Source: Octopus vulgaris (Eukaryota). Taken from it: a stretch of 64,000 bases of DNA. The DNA lies in the NCBI GenBank assembly GCA_951406725.2, contig OX597833.1:20460001-20524000 (forward strand). The letters run 5' to 3'. The notes beneath the pieces were generated by a model, which was not told the origin of the DNA, did not search any database, and was given only the letters and a program-made list of their open reading frames with translations. Shown here piece after piece: positions 39,400-53,150 of the stretch; position 1 is the stretch's first letter; every line of letters begins with the position of its first letter. A program made the position numbers and the translations under genes.

Positions 39400-41298
39400 T
39401 TAATTTGCGACTGTGACCTTCGTGCAGGCGATGCTAGATGTGCCTGGTACTAAGGAGGTATATCCGGGCTGTCGGCGGCCAGTGGTTCGAAATTTATCAG
39501 AAGGGTGTACCTCTGGTGACAGCAATACGATATCTCATATTTTTCGTTGATGGCTACTGCGGGTTCGTTGATGATATGCAGTTTTTTTTTGCGGAGGCAC
39601 AGCTGGAAATTAGGGGTGCCGAGTGAATACGGTGTCGCCCTGTCTATAATAGTCCACTTGATGCTGGGTGTTTCGTTTCGGAGTTCACGAAGTCTCCAGA
39701 GAAAGCGCGACAGGGAAGTTGAGTTCTCTCTGTCTCTGGATCTAAATGAATGCAAGTGCTGGGAGTATCTTCCCTTGAAGTCATTGCCTGTCATGCCCGA
39801 ACGGTGCTTATTAATGACATCTGATGGTGTAAGGGTGGCTCTGTATGCTACTGCCCTTCAGAGGCAGGTTCATCTTAGAAGGCAGGTGGCAGGTTAGGGT
39901 TGGAGGCTGTGTGGGTGCGTTTTACGTCCGTTGATGCGTGCGATGTTAGATGCGATGCTGTCTAAGCAGGAGTAGCTTACCTTGACATTATAGGGGTTGA
40001 AGAGTTTGTAATACTTATGGCCTTTGGGGAAATGTTTCTTTCAGGAAGCCCCTGGCTATGTTGGTAGAAACCTCTAGGTTATATGGAGGGTTATACCAGA
40101 TTATTTTCCTTTTCCTTATTCTCTTGGGATGAGGAAAGGGGTTCGTCCACATACGTGAGCTTCTCAGAAAATCTGCTCCTAGCCAAAGCATCGTTGTAGC
40201 GGAGGGCGGCCCTATTAAAGATCTCCATGTTGGCTGAGAGTTTTGACTCCCGTATGCTAATACCTGAAACCAGGTTTCTAATTACAGTAGGGGTGGGGTT
40301 GTGCTCTTGTGGATATATACCGTTTCTTCATTAGGCTTCCTGTAGAGGTAATATTTGCCCATGTTCAGGTCTAAGGTTATGTTCAAGAAATCGGATATAG
40401 GTTGGTAGTAACCGTCATGAACAGGCTGAACTCTTTGAATATATTTATCAAGTCCCTCCTGAACCTGTCCATGGCGTGGCCATTCATATGGCTTGAGATA
40501 GCCAGGCCATCGTCCCTATAGAGGGCCGACCTATGTGGATGGTTACGTCTCTTGAGGGTATCCAAAATGTATAACCCGACGAGATCGGCGATTTCAGCCT
40601 CGTCAAAGCTCCCCCATAGAGACATCAAACAATGGCTCGCCTTCTTTCTTCACCCAGAAGGAATCGTCATGGACCACAATTGACTTTCTGGCATTCACGA
40701 TGATTCTGATATCAAGATCACTCATGCTGGTGTATTGCTCAGCAAAAGCTAGGGCCTTCAGGAGGAAAAGCTTAGATATGGATGGGTAGAAGTCAATCAT
40801 GTCGAACTGGGTGAATTTGCAGACTGATTTATTCTCGATACCGCGGAACCAGTCTATCACAGCTGCACTGGAGTTCCATTGAGTCAACCCTGTAGCCCTT
40901 CTGATGTCAGAGTTGATAGTATCGAGAATTCGCTTGCTAATGATACCTATCTCGTTTTTAGAGGGGTTGATCAGCCTGCATTTGGGGTTGGAATGGAAAT
41001 TTGGCTTATGGTCTTTAAGTGTAATATGGTGGTGGGGGTAGGGGTCGTGTGGGGGGTCTTTACATTTATGTGTGTGTGTCTTTGTATCTGGATGTTTCGT
41101 CTCGGAGTTCACGAAGTTTCCAGAGAAAGTGCGACAGGGAAGTGGAGTTCTCTCTGTCTCTGGATCTAAATGAATGCAAGTGCTGGTAGTATCTTCTCTT
41201 GAAGCCATTGCCTGTCATGCACGAACGGTGCTTAGTAATGACATCAGATGGTGTAAGGGTGGCTCTGTATACTACTGCCCTTGAGAGGCAGGTACATC
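39400..41298 (-). mobile_element. Penelope-like element (RT plus GIY-YIG, probably Neptune-type), frameshifted, with partial tandem repeat
   Basis: ITLKDHKPNF...CRLINPSK...FDMIDFYPSI...FDVSMG, SFDEAEIADLVGLYIL...YRDDGL, then FKGRYSQH...IKWTII...QLCL; 41093-41298 repeats 39668-39874. Confidence 0.92.
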
Positions 41299-41957
41299 GC
41301 TTAACAACCTATATAGATGTGTTTATGTCCCCGAAACTTAGCGGTTCGGCAAAGCGACCGATAGAATAAATACTAGGCTTGCAAAGAATAAGTCCCGGGG
41401 TTGATTTATTCGGCTAAAACTCTTTAAGGCGCTGCTGTAGCATGGTCGCAGTCAAATGATTGAAACGTGTAAAAGAATAAAAGAATATATGAATATATAT
41501 ATGTTTTATGCTTGTGTATGTGTGTGTTTTGTAAGTATATATGAGAGTGTGTCAGGTCAATTTTGGTGCTGTTGGTAAATATGTAACATAGCACAACCTG
41601 TTGTCTGGTCGGTTCGTCGGCGACTAAACCGGCAATCCTACCAAGCCTGATTGATGAGGAGGGGCGGTTTTCATTGGACCCGTGGCACGATGAGAAACAA
41701 AACCTGTCAAAGGGCGAATGAATTCAGTAGAGTCAACGGCCATCTAACAACTGTGAGTGCGTAGGGTACTCTAGTCTTTATTTAGGCATATCTCTAGAAG
41801 GAAAACTCTGCTATAATTCCTTCGACTTCGTTTGCATCCAATGGTGTAAACTAGTTCTTCTTTTTGGACAAATGCATACGTTGTTTAGAGAATGGGTTTG
41901 GTCCTCTGCAAGGCCTTTCCTCTGTTTGTAACGCTTCAAGCACATACATCGTCTGAT

Positions 41958-42186
41958 ACTCTTTTACTCTTTTACTTGTTTCAGTCATTTGAATGCGGCC
42001 ATGTTGGAGCATCGCCTTTAGTCGAGCAAATCGACCCAAGGACTTATTCTTTGTAAGCCTAGTACTTATTCTATCGGTATCTTATGCCAAATCGCTAAGT
42101 TACGGAGACATAAACATACCTGTATCGGTTGTCAAGCGAGGTTGGGGGGACAAACACAGGCACACACACGCGCGCGCGCACACACA

Positions 42187-42246
<60 letters not shown>

Positions 42247-42415
42247 TTTACATATACACGACGGGCTTCTTTCAGTTTCCGTCTACCAAATCCACTCACA
42301 AGGCTTTGGTCGGCCCGAGGCTATAGTAAAAGACACTTGCCCAAGGTGCCACGCAGTGAGACTGAATCCGGAACCATGTGGTTGGTAAGCAAGCTACGTA
42401 CCACACAGCCACTCG
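41958..42415 (-). mobile_element. SINE family A
   Basis: Family-A segments. Confidence 0.9.
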
Positions 42416-42789
42416 TTTAACATTTCTGTTGTACAATATGGATGGCCGTAGCCGAGAAAAGCAAAATATCTAATGAAAGATTCCATGATAGAATGAAGGT
42501 GTGTGTCAGTGTGAGAGGTAAGCTTTCCGAACACTTCCTGCAAGAGGCACCTATCGTTGTCACATCTGTGCGAAAGAGTATAAGTGTCTAGCAGGAGTTT
42601 AAGGGAACAATTGGTATTGTTCGAAATTGAGTTACAGTCATCACATATGCACGTATTTATGTATGTATAAACAGTGAAATTACAATAATAAACAAGGCAA
42701 CAATAACGTTCTTTCAACGATTATCCAAAGATGATTTTTAAAATCAGAATATCTGAAATAAACTCAACTGCTCTCACAAACGAAAATAC

Positions 42790-42990
42790 TAAAAATGAAC
42801 CCGATCGCTCACAAACTGGAAAAATAATCCAGAATCCTTGCCCGGTACCAGATCTATCCCAAAATCTAATCAGTTCCTACCAGTCACGAGGTCAAATATC
42901 CCTGAAGGTTTCATCCGAATCCATCCAGCGGTTCTTGAGATATCTTGTCCAAAAACAAACAAACACGACTGAAAACAATACCTCCGCCTT
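42790..42990. mobile_element. Helentron/DINE-like non-autonomous fragment
   Basis: TTTCATCCGAATCCATCCAGCGGTTCTTGAGATAT and terminal AACAATACCTCCGCCTT resemble DINE/HINE ends (recollection). Confidence 0.45.
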
Positions 42991-43482
42991 AGAGATTCCT
43001 CCGCATTGGAGATTCAGCGTGACACAAAATGTGACAAGGCTGGCCCTTTGAAATACTAGTACAACAGAAATAGGAAGAAAGAGGGAGAGAAAGTTGTGGT
43101 GAAAGAGTACAGCAGGGTTCACCATCACCTCCTGCCGGAGCCACATGGAGCTTTAGGTGTTTTCGCTCAATAAACACCCACAATGTCCGGTCTGGGAATC
43201 GAAACCGCGATCCTACGACCGCGAGTCCGCTGCCCTAACCACTGGTCCATTGCGCCTCCACAGAGTACGCATTACAGGAACATAAACCAATCTCGGAATG
43301 ATGGCAGGTGAAGTCGACCTCAGTGGGGACGTGATTTGAACGTAGAACGTAAAGAGTCATTACTAAAAGAAATACTGGGTATTTTTGTCAGACGTTTTAA
43401 CGATTCTGACAAACCAAAACCAATTCCTACGCAACGAGGTTTCAAGATAACAACTTAAAAAGAAAAAAAAATGACAGTTGTT

Positions 43483-43652
43483 AGGCGCAGGAGTGGCTGT
43501 GTGGTAAGTGGCTTGTTAACAAACCACATGGTTCCGGGTTCAGTCCCACTGCGTGGTATCTGGGGCAAGTGTCTTCTGCTATAGCCTCGAGCCGACCAAT
43601 GCCTTGTGAGTGGATTTGGTAGACAGAAACTGAAAGAAGCCTGTCGTATATG

Positions 43653-43738
<86 letters not shown>

Positions 43739-43960
43739 TGTGTCTGTGTTTGTCCCCCTTGCATTGCTTGACAACCGATGCTGGTGTGTTTATGTCCCCG
43801 TTACTTAGCGGTTCGGCAAAAGAGACCGATAGAATAAGTACTGGGCTTACAAAAAGAATAAGTCCCGGGGTCGAGTTGCTCGATTAAAGGCGGTGCTCCA
43901 GCATGGCCGCAGTCAAATGACTGAAAACAAGTAAAAGAGTAAAAGAGAGAGAGAGTAAAG
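43483..43960 (+). mobile_element. SINE family A; further copies 48560-48945(+), 58125-58557(-), 62303-62760(+), 63590-63915(+)
   Basis: Family-A segments. Confidence 0.9.
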
Positions 43961-44563
43961 AGAGATGTGTGTAGTTTGGGAGAGATTTGGTTGCTATTTC
44001 TAGTAGGTCTGGCGGCGACATCGGGGCTCTCTCGATGCTAAATGGTGAAATGGTTCCCGTTGCTGTTTATTGATTGATTTCATTCCTGTAATAGTTGAGT
44101 GGCATCCAAGGTGAGTGGAGTGTCTTGTAGTCTTTCTGACTATTGATGGAGTATATAGGAGAATTAAAAAAAGAAGAAAAACTAAGTAAATGAGCAGATT
44201 CAGATGATGGCGAGGGCGCAGTTACGCGGTATTCCTTCTTTCCCTCCATCTTTTCTTTCTTTCGTGTTTTTTCGTTTTTTCTTTCCCCCTTTTTTTTTGT
44301 GTGTTCCGTTTCAATTAAAAGCCTAAAACAGCGTGATACATATACGTATAAGTACGCCATACCCATTTACACACGCGCGCGCGCACATACGCACGCATGC
44401 GCGCGTGTCGTTTCCACACGCATTCTCTGACTCACACACGCACACGTGTATGTGTGCGAGATAATGCGTATGTGGTAGCGTGATAATGCTTGAGTATGTA
44501 TGTATATATGTATATAATATATATATATATGTATGTATTATAGACACATAAATACATACATAC

Positions 44564-44598
<35 letters not shown>

Positions 44599-44909
44599 TA
44601 TACACATACATACATATATATATATATATATGTATGTGTATATATATATGTATATATGTATGTATTATAGACACATAAATACATACATACATATATATAT
44701 ATACATATATATATATGTGTGTGTGTGTGTGTACATATATACATGTACATATATATATGTATATATCTACATTGAAATATACACACACACACACACACAT
44801 ATATATATACACACACAAGCACATACACCCACCCCGGCCCCCCATTCATATACACACTAGCACAAACTCCCAAATAGACACACATTCGTCTTTACAAGTA
44901 AGTATCTCA

Positions 44910-45246
44910 TAATATATACGCACGCCCGAGCATTTGCGCGTTCACACACTCGGCTGCGTTAACTGGCGCAGTGCGCATAGTTATTTCACAATCGGACATT
45001 AATGGCAAGCATCACCGTTTTATACACTTTTGTGCATTTTTTGTGCATATCTGCGGCCTCGGCAAGAATACCAAGTGGCCGCTGTCCAAATTAGAACACC
45101 GAACACCGAACACCATCACCTTAACTCATTCTATCCAGGACTCATTCTATCAGGAGACCACCGGAAGTGAAGTAAATCGAGTTTTTATCGCCACCATTAC
45201 TACCAACATCAACATCACCACTACCGTCACCATCACTATTGTTATT

Positions 45247-45277
<31 letters not shown>

Positions 45278-45280
45278 TTA

Positions 45281-45322
<42 letters not shown>

Positions 45323-45373
45323 GTGTTCGTACAATTGTTATAATTGCCGGGATTTTAATTCTTGCTCTTTGAG
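44910..45373 (+). promoter_or_regulatory. Candidate promoter and first non-coding exon
   Basis: Locally CpG-rich unique sequence, ETS-like CCGGAAGTG at 45161, consensus donor GAG/GTAAGT at 45373/45374. Confidence 0.35.
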
Positions 45374-45474
45374 GTAAGTCAGTAAAGTTTTCTTTGTTTT
45401 AATATAGTCTTCTTTTCCTTGCATTCCTCCAACTCCTCCTCCTCCTCCTCCTCCTCCTCCTCCTCCTCCTCCTC

Positions 45475-45537
<63 letters not shown>

Positions 45538-45541
45538 TCGC

Positions 45542-45577
<36 letters not shown>

Positions 45578-45596
45578 ACTACTACTGCTACTACTG

Positions 45597-45643
<47 letters not shown>

Positions 45644-45858
45644 AAACGATTTGATAGTTTTTTTGTGGTGAGTTGGTTCCCTCTTTTCATTTACACTGTC
45701 TTTTCTCTCCCCACCTCTGCTTACATAACAACACACAAACACAAATACACCCACACATATACACATACACACACGCACACATAAATATATGGGAATAGTG
45801 GATAAATTGTACTTTATTTCAGTACTTCTCGCAAACACACACACATACAGAAGCACAA

Positions 45859-45936
<78 letters not shown>

Positions 45937-46119
45937 GTGAGGACTCAATATATTTTTGTAGTGTAAGATTTATGGTGGGAATTCGAAGATACTGTCTGTG
46001 GCACACAAGTAACCAGTAGTTTAGTTTTGGTATGGGATTGTAGGTTTTGAAACTAGTTTGAAGATCCACAAAACAGAAAGAAATTACTTATCACTGTGAT
46101 GTAGTGAACTAAGTATACA

Positions 46120-46180
<61 letters not shown>

Positions 46181-46250
46181 CCATGTTGATTCGCTAGCTT
46201 CTGCACGCATTTTTTCTTCCTTGTTTCTCAGCGTGTTTCTTTTCTGTGTA

Positions 46251-46288
46251 TCTTTCTGTTGAAGAGCGTAGGCTCGAAACGTAAGAGA
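46251..46288 (+). ncRNA. Hammerhead-like motif with A6U core variant (same family as 14905-14940)
   Basis: UCUUU-CUGUUGA-A-GAGC GUAG GCUC-GAAA-CGU-A-AGAGA. Confidence 0.5.
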
Positions 46289-46391
46289 CTTGTTTTATTT
46301 ATATTCCTGAGCGCCATACTAATACAATTGTTTGTTTGTATTCCATCTGCCTTTGCGTGCAAATGCACACACGCACACGCACACACATACA

Positions 46392-46429
<38 letters not shown>

Positions 46430-46576
46430 TATATGTGTGTGTGTGTGTCTTCCCTTCCCTGGACCTTTCTTTTTTCTATGTTAAATCCTCCTTCTTTCTT
46501 TCTTTCCTGAGCGTCCCAATAACACTATACCTGTTCCACGTCCTCACGTTGTTGTGTTTTCTCTTTGTGTTTGGAT

Positions 46577-46656
<80 letters not shown>

Positions 46657-47127
46657 TGTATGTATATATGTATGTATGTATGTATGTATGTGTGAGACTA
46701 ACCAATCTACCACAATCAAACCTCTACTCAGCGAATTTACCAATGCAAGAACAAAATTTCAATGAAAGAATTACCATTGTGTTCACATTACCATCACATA
46801 TGTATCAATCATTTTTGTATCCTAACCGATGCATCTATCTATACTCGCATTCGGAAGCAATTTACTTACCCTAGTAAATCGAAACGATCGTAAATTCCGC
46901 CCTCATCTCTGCTTTTTACTTTTTTGTTACTTATTTAATTAAAGACTTGCCAGCGTAATCCACGTAATCTCCCATTGTTATTATAGCCATTTTCTTCTCT
47001 CTCTTATATATATATATATATATTGATAAAAATGGTAAGACAACAAAAGAATGAAAGAGACCTCGATATTATGTAAATAGAGGAATTTATCTGTAAATGT
47101 AATATGTGACAATTATTCGGTAGCCAT

Positions 47128-47188
47128 GATAAAACTCCGAGTTTCGGATGCCGGGGTGGAAATCCACACCGCCATCTCTTCAGTTATC
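47128..47188 (-). ncRNA. Type-I hammerhead ribozyme-like motif with long stem II
   Basis: GAUAA-CUGAAGA-GAUGGCGGUGUGG AUUU CCACCCCGGCAUCC-GAAA-CUC G GAG-UU-UUAUC. Confidence 0.7.
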
Positions 47189-47569
47189 CGACCATCGGAA
47201 AAAATGCTATGAAAAAATATATATATGTGCATACATATATAATTGCATACACATATGCATGTATGCATACATCTTACACGCATAAGTACGAATATAAATA
47301 TTTATATATAGACATATATGTACGCACACACACGTACGTTTATATACACGCACGCTCACACGCTCATACGCACACATACACACACGTACACAAACACCGT
47401 ATTTATCGGTGTATAAATCGCACACTTAATTTAATGTTAAATATAAGTACAAAAGTGTTCCCTTAACATTCAGCTTTGCCCTGTGTATAAGCCAGACACA
47501 AGTTTTTTTCTCAGTTAAACTCAAATATAAAATAGTGTGACTTACACATGAGTAAATAAGGTTTATAGA

Positions 47570-48007
47570 CTAGCTATTTTGACCCGTGCTTCGTGGTGGT
47601 GGTGTTTTGTGCGTGTTGTCTCCTTTTCCCTTTCTTCTTTTGTTCGTCTTCTTTGCCTGGTTCTTTTTATTGCCCTCTTCTTTACCCCCTTTTCCAAAAT
47701 CCCCCAAATTTTTACACCCACAATTAAAGATAACCACCTCTAGCCCCTGCAGTAACACGAAAAGCCACCATTATTCAAACAGCGCAACCTGTCTATCCCA
47801 TAAAACTCAATTTTTCCCATATTCTTCACCATGGCAACCAAACGGTAGCCCCGAGCGACTTGCAGCCCTGCTCACACCATTGCCCACCCCATTTTACCCC
47901 CAGTGTAAATTTTGGCGCCAATCCGACCCCCCCTTAAACCGTTCCCATCCAAAATGAGACAAATAACCAAGAAATCAAACAACTTTTTCGCATTTCAGTT
48001 TTATAGA
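47570..48007 (-). mobile_element. Non-autonomous Helitron-like element
   Basis: 5' TCTATAAAACTG, 3' hairpin remnant then CTAG, between A and T. Confidence 0.55.
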
Positions 48008-48279
48008 TATTGGTAAATTTGCAAACGTGTGTATAACTTTCATAGTGACACAGTTTGTGCTTACTGTAAATAACTCTCAGCATTTATTGTCTCTGTGGTC
48101 AGGAAAAGAGCAACCGATCTCTGATGAAATACAAATAAATGCTGAAACTAGCCAGACCAATGTTATTTTGAAAGCAACACGTAGAAAAGTTCGTGGGAAA
48201 AAGACAGTATCTATATCTTAGGCTGTAGCTAAAATGTTTTTTCACACACGTGTACACACACACAAACATAGACATTGAC

Positions 48280-48314
<35 letters not shown>

Positions 48315-49126
48315 CACACACACACACACATGTATACCGCAGTTTCTGCTCCGTGAATCACTCCACCTAGTACCTCACACTCTTCGGCTCGTTATAACAC
48401 AGTGTGTCTATACTATCCGAACTTCGTAAGGGACAACGTTATGTCTTCTCATTACAGATACATACACTTTTCGGACTCAACACAACCCCACTTCCTTGTA
48501 ACTGCTCCTCAGATTACACGTTCCCTCCCACAGTAAAATCGCTAAAAAAAAAAGTGCTCAGCGCAGGAGTGGATGTGTAGTAAGTAGCTTGCTTACGAAC
48601 TACATGGTTCCGGGTTCAGTCCCCCTACGTGGCACCTTGGGCAAGTGTCTTCTACTATAGCCTTGGGCCGACCAAAGCCTTGTGAGCGGATTTGGTAGAC
48701 ATAAACTGAAAGAAGCCCGTCCTATATGTGTATGTATGTGTGTCTGTGTTTGTCCCCCAACATCGCTTGACAACCGATGCTGGTGTGTTTACGTCCCCGT
48801 AACTTAGCAGTTCGGCACAAGAGACCGATTGAATAAGTACTAGGCTTGCAAAGAATAAGTCCTGAGGTCGATTTGCTCGACTAAAGGCGGTGCTCCAGCA
48901 TGGCTACAGTCAAATGACTGAAACAAGTAAAAGAGAGTAAAAGAGCGAATTTGCAGTTGGGAATGGAAAATCCAATGCTTCGTACACAATCCTTATACAT
49001 GCACACACATATGATGCATTTTGTTTAACTACGGAAACTATTTGAACTGCGATGCAAAAACTACCACGTGGAAATTCATTTAGAAGTTACACACACACAC
49101 ACACACCCAGCCACACACACTCCCAG

Positions 49127-49170
<44 letters not shown>

Positions 49171-49692
49171 AGCAACACACACACACACACACCCAGCCAC
49201 ACACACGCACATATATGCACACACCATGAGGCACGAGTCATTAATATGCATAATTTCAAATTGTTGTGCAACAGGTGTGGGGACAATCTAAAATTATCAT
49301 AGAATAGACGGGTTAGACATAGACACCTGATCAATTATTTCAGTGTCCCCTCATGGGCGCTCAGTGTTGTCGATGAAAATACGTTTTAGCCAAATAGTAA
49401 ATCAGTTTGTACGTCGCTATATATTGACATTTCCCGGTCATTTGTATAATTTACGCTAGTTAATCGGGTGGGTGTCTCTATTGTGTCCCCTTCTGGTGCA
49501 AAGTAGAAAGTATTTATATTTTTTTTTAATGTGTCCTTGATACAAACTCATGTTAATGGGAGCTGAATCAATTATACCTTGAACACGTTTCTTTACATAT
49601 TTGATGGGTTTTGATATAATAAAGGAGCCACTTTCACTAATTTCATGGTTTTAATATAGTGAGGTGATACTTATAATTTTTTAGTTAATATA

Positions 49693-50765
49693 TAGCGGTG
49701 AGCAGGCAGAATCGTTAGCACCGCAAGCAAAATGCTTTGCGGTATTTCGTCTGCCGCTACGTTCTGAGTTCAAATTCCGCCGAGGTCGATTTTGCTTTTC
49801 ATCCTTTCGGGGTCGATTAAATAAATACCAGTTACGCACTGGGGTCGATATAATCGACTTAATCCGTTTGTCTGTCCTTGTTTGTCTTATCTGTGTTTAG
49901 CCCCTTGTGGGTAGTAAAGAAATAGGCATTTCGTTCGCCTTTGTATTCAGAGTTCAAATTTTTCCGAGGTCGTCTTTACCTTTCATCTTTTCGAGGTCGA
50001 TAAATCAAGTACCAGATGAGCACTGAGGTCGATGTAATTGACTTAACCCACCTCATTGAAATTGCTGGCCTTGTACCAAAATTTGAAATCAGTTTCTTAG
50101 TTTATTTAAAACCAATTTTAATAACGGGAAGTATTGAAGGCGGTGAGGTGGGCGAAATGCTTAGCGGTATTTCGTTTGCCGTTACGTTCTGAGTTCAAAT
50201 TCCGCCGAGATCGACTTTGCCTTTCATCCTTTCGGGGTCGATTAAATAAGTACCTGTTACGCACTGGGTCGATATAATCGACTTAATCCGTTTGTCTGTC
50301 CTTGTTTGTCCTCTCTGTGTTTAGCTCCTTGTGGGTAGTAAAGAAATAGGTATTTTGTCTGCCGTAACGTTCTGAGTTCAAATTCCGCCGAGGTCGACTT
50401 TGCCTTTCATCCTTTCGGGGTCGATAAATTAAGTACCAGTTACGCACTGGGGTCGATATAATCGACTTAATCTCTTTGTTTGTTCGTGTTTGTCCTCTCT
50501 ATATTTAGCTCCTTGTGGGCAATAAAGAAATAAGGAGCGTTAGCACGCTGGGTGAAATACTTAGCGGTATATCGCCTGTCTTTACGTTCTGAGTTCAAAT
50601 TCTGCCGAGGTCGACTTTGCCTTTCATCATTTCGGGATCGATGAATCAAGTGCCAATTACGCAGTGGGGTCGATGTAATCGACTTAATCCGTTTGTCTGT
50701 CCGTGTTTGTCCCCTCTATGTTAAGCCCCTTGTGGGCAATAAAGAAATAAGAAACGTTAGCACGT
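49693..50765 (+). mobile_element. SINE family B array (about 5 units)
   Basis: Head-to-tail units with junctions near 49925, 50348, 50530 and 50748. Confidence 0.9.
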
Positions 50766-51240
50766 AACCCACTATGGTGTGGTAAACTTTCAGACCCTAG
50801 TCTAGATTGCGAATCCTCTGTACCCCAGGATGATTCAGCTCTACACCCGTCGAAAGCCACCGATTACGGAATGAGGATAACAACGTAGCTTTCGCGCCCG
50901 TGCAACCGCCAATCTATCGCGTGTGGAGGGTGGATCTTCAAGTTGCCACACGCATTCTTAGTAGCTTAGAATAGGCTCGATTTAGAGATTATTCTTTGTG
51001 GCTAATGGTGTGAAGAAGAAGAAGAAGAAGAAGAAGAAGAAGAAGAAGAAGAAGAAGAAGAAGAAGAAGATCACAACAGAAAATGAATAAATTTCTTTTT
51101 ATTGTTTTTGTTTAGTTTTTATTATAACGATTTTGTTTTTATTTTGCAATGCAATCGCATCATTTTTATTAAGAACATTCTCTACTTTACAGTTCACGCT
51201 CAAATTTAAGTGACTGAAAGTTGTTATGCAATACCGGCAC

Positions 51241-51787
51241 GCGAAATTTTTTTCCCACGAGAGTTCCGGACCCCAGTTATGAACTCATTTGCATACAGCC
51301 AATCAGAAGTCAACTATCAAACTAATTTATGAGCGCATAACAAGTGATGGGTGATAAGATAAGGTCACTTGGGTAAAGAATGACCATACTTCTTTTCTCT
51401 TTTAATAATGCCTGTTGTTCTTGTTCTTGTTTCAACCATGGCTGCCTCTGCGTAGTTATTTGTCTCGTTGTTTACTTTGTAAAGCAGTAAGGGGAGAGAG
51501 TTGCTAGCACATCACCCTCTACCAACTTTTTTCCCATCCACATCTTTACCATATGGGGCCCTAACAAAACCCGATAATAGGTATAGATGCAGATCTATCT
51601 AATTACTTGTCTCCTTCTAAAACCAGGCGTAGTTTGGAGATCGGTCGACTTACAACACCGTTCCTCGTCTTGAGTTTACATGGTAGAGTGTATTTGTTAA
51701 CTTAACAAGGTCAAGGTGAGCTCTGATTGGCTGTAGGCAAATGAATTCATTACTGGGCTCCGGAACTCAAGTGGGAAAAAATTTCGC
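51241..51787. mobile_element. MULE-type MITE with ~75-bp TIRs and perfect 9-bp TSD TACCGGCAC
   Basis: GCGAAATTTTTTTCCCAC...GTGGGAAAAAATTTCGC; TSD at 51232-51240 and 51788-51796. Confidence 0.88.
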
Positions 51788-53041
51788 TACCGGCACACTG
51801 ATAAGCTTGTACAACAGTGATCAGAATGGTATATATACTTAGATTATGGTATTCTTTTTGTAAACTAAAGTATGTTCATGATATATAAGCATATGTTTGT
51901 AAAAAGAAAATGTAAACTTTAACCTTAAAAATTGCCGTTTCCTATTCTGCTGATGGTGAAGTAATTTTCCTCTCATTTCGTCTTATTTTGTTGATGTTAC
52001 GCGAGTACTGACAACTACAGTGATAACTGATTTTGGTACTTGTTAGCCGTGCAGTTATGTACGGTCCATCTTTACGAAAAATAATTCCTATCTTCGTTGA
52101 AGTGGCGAAGAGAATTTCTTTTTGCCATCAAGTCTCTATTCCATTGTTGCGAAGATGACAAATCGTTTCCACCTGTCAGTGCACGTAATAAAATTAGAAG
52201 CAATAAATTTGAATCAGAAATAATTATTAAATGTAACAAAATTGTTTTCCGCCGAAGGAACAGTATGCGCTATGCCTGGCTTGGACGAAAATATGACAAC
52301 TTCCACTGAGAGCAGAATACATACTAGTCTTCTGCCACATAATACGACAGTCCTGATTGGTTAATTACTTATCAAGCCATCGTACTATTCCGATAATGTT
52401 GCTGATTAGGTGAATGTTAAACTTAATGGGTGTGAAGCCATTGGTCAATCTATATCCGGACATATATTTAAATGCATATAAATACATGTGGAGGCACATG
52501 GCCTAGTGGTTAGAGCAGCGGATTCGCGGTCGAGAGATCGCGGGTTCGAATCTCAGACCGGGCGATGTGTGTGTTTATGAGCGAAACACCTAAGCTCCAC
52601 GCGGCTCCGGCAGAAGGTAATGGCGAACTTCTGCTGACTCTCTCACTCTTTCCTCCTGCATCTTGCAGCTCACCTGCGACGAACCGGTATCCTGTCCAGG
52701 TGGAGAACCTATACGCCAAGGAAACTGGGAAACCGGCCCTTATGAGCCAGGCCTGGCTCGAGAAGGAACAAACAATATAAATAGATAGAGCCACACCTGT
52801 GCAATTTTTATCAATGAAAATATTCGGTGTTGAGATATATATAGTTCATAGATTATTAGCTGCGAATTAAGTCATTGTCTCTAGTTTAGTTATACGAAAC
52901 AGCTTGAAACTAGAGACATAGTGACCTAATACACACATACATATACACATACATACATACAAATACACATACATACATACATACATACATACATACATAC
53001 ATACATACATACATGCATACATATATACCTACATACATACA

Positions 53042-53075
<34 letters not shown>

Positions 53076-53082
53076 CATATAC

Positions 53083-53137
<55 letters not shown>

Positions 53138-53150
53138 GTATATATGAATA

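Noticed and set aside
41655-41730. Possible HDV-like ribozyme at an RTE-type 5' end
   Set aside because: Only a TTCAT/ATGAA pairing and a GCGAA segment fit; P1 and P3 could not be assigned
42430-42560. FHDRMKVCVSVRGKLSEHF peptide and a similar RT-like trace at 24650-24835
   Set aside because: Probably very old RTE-type RT scraps, too short to annotate with confidence
49693-50765. Regularly spaced repeats resembling a CRISPR array
   Set aside because: Units are ~190 bp SINE bodies without unique spacers; eukaryotic context with no cas genes
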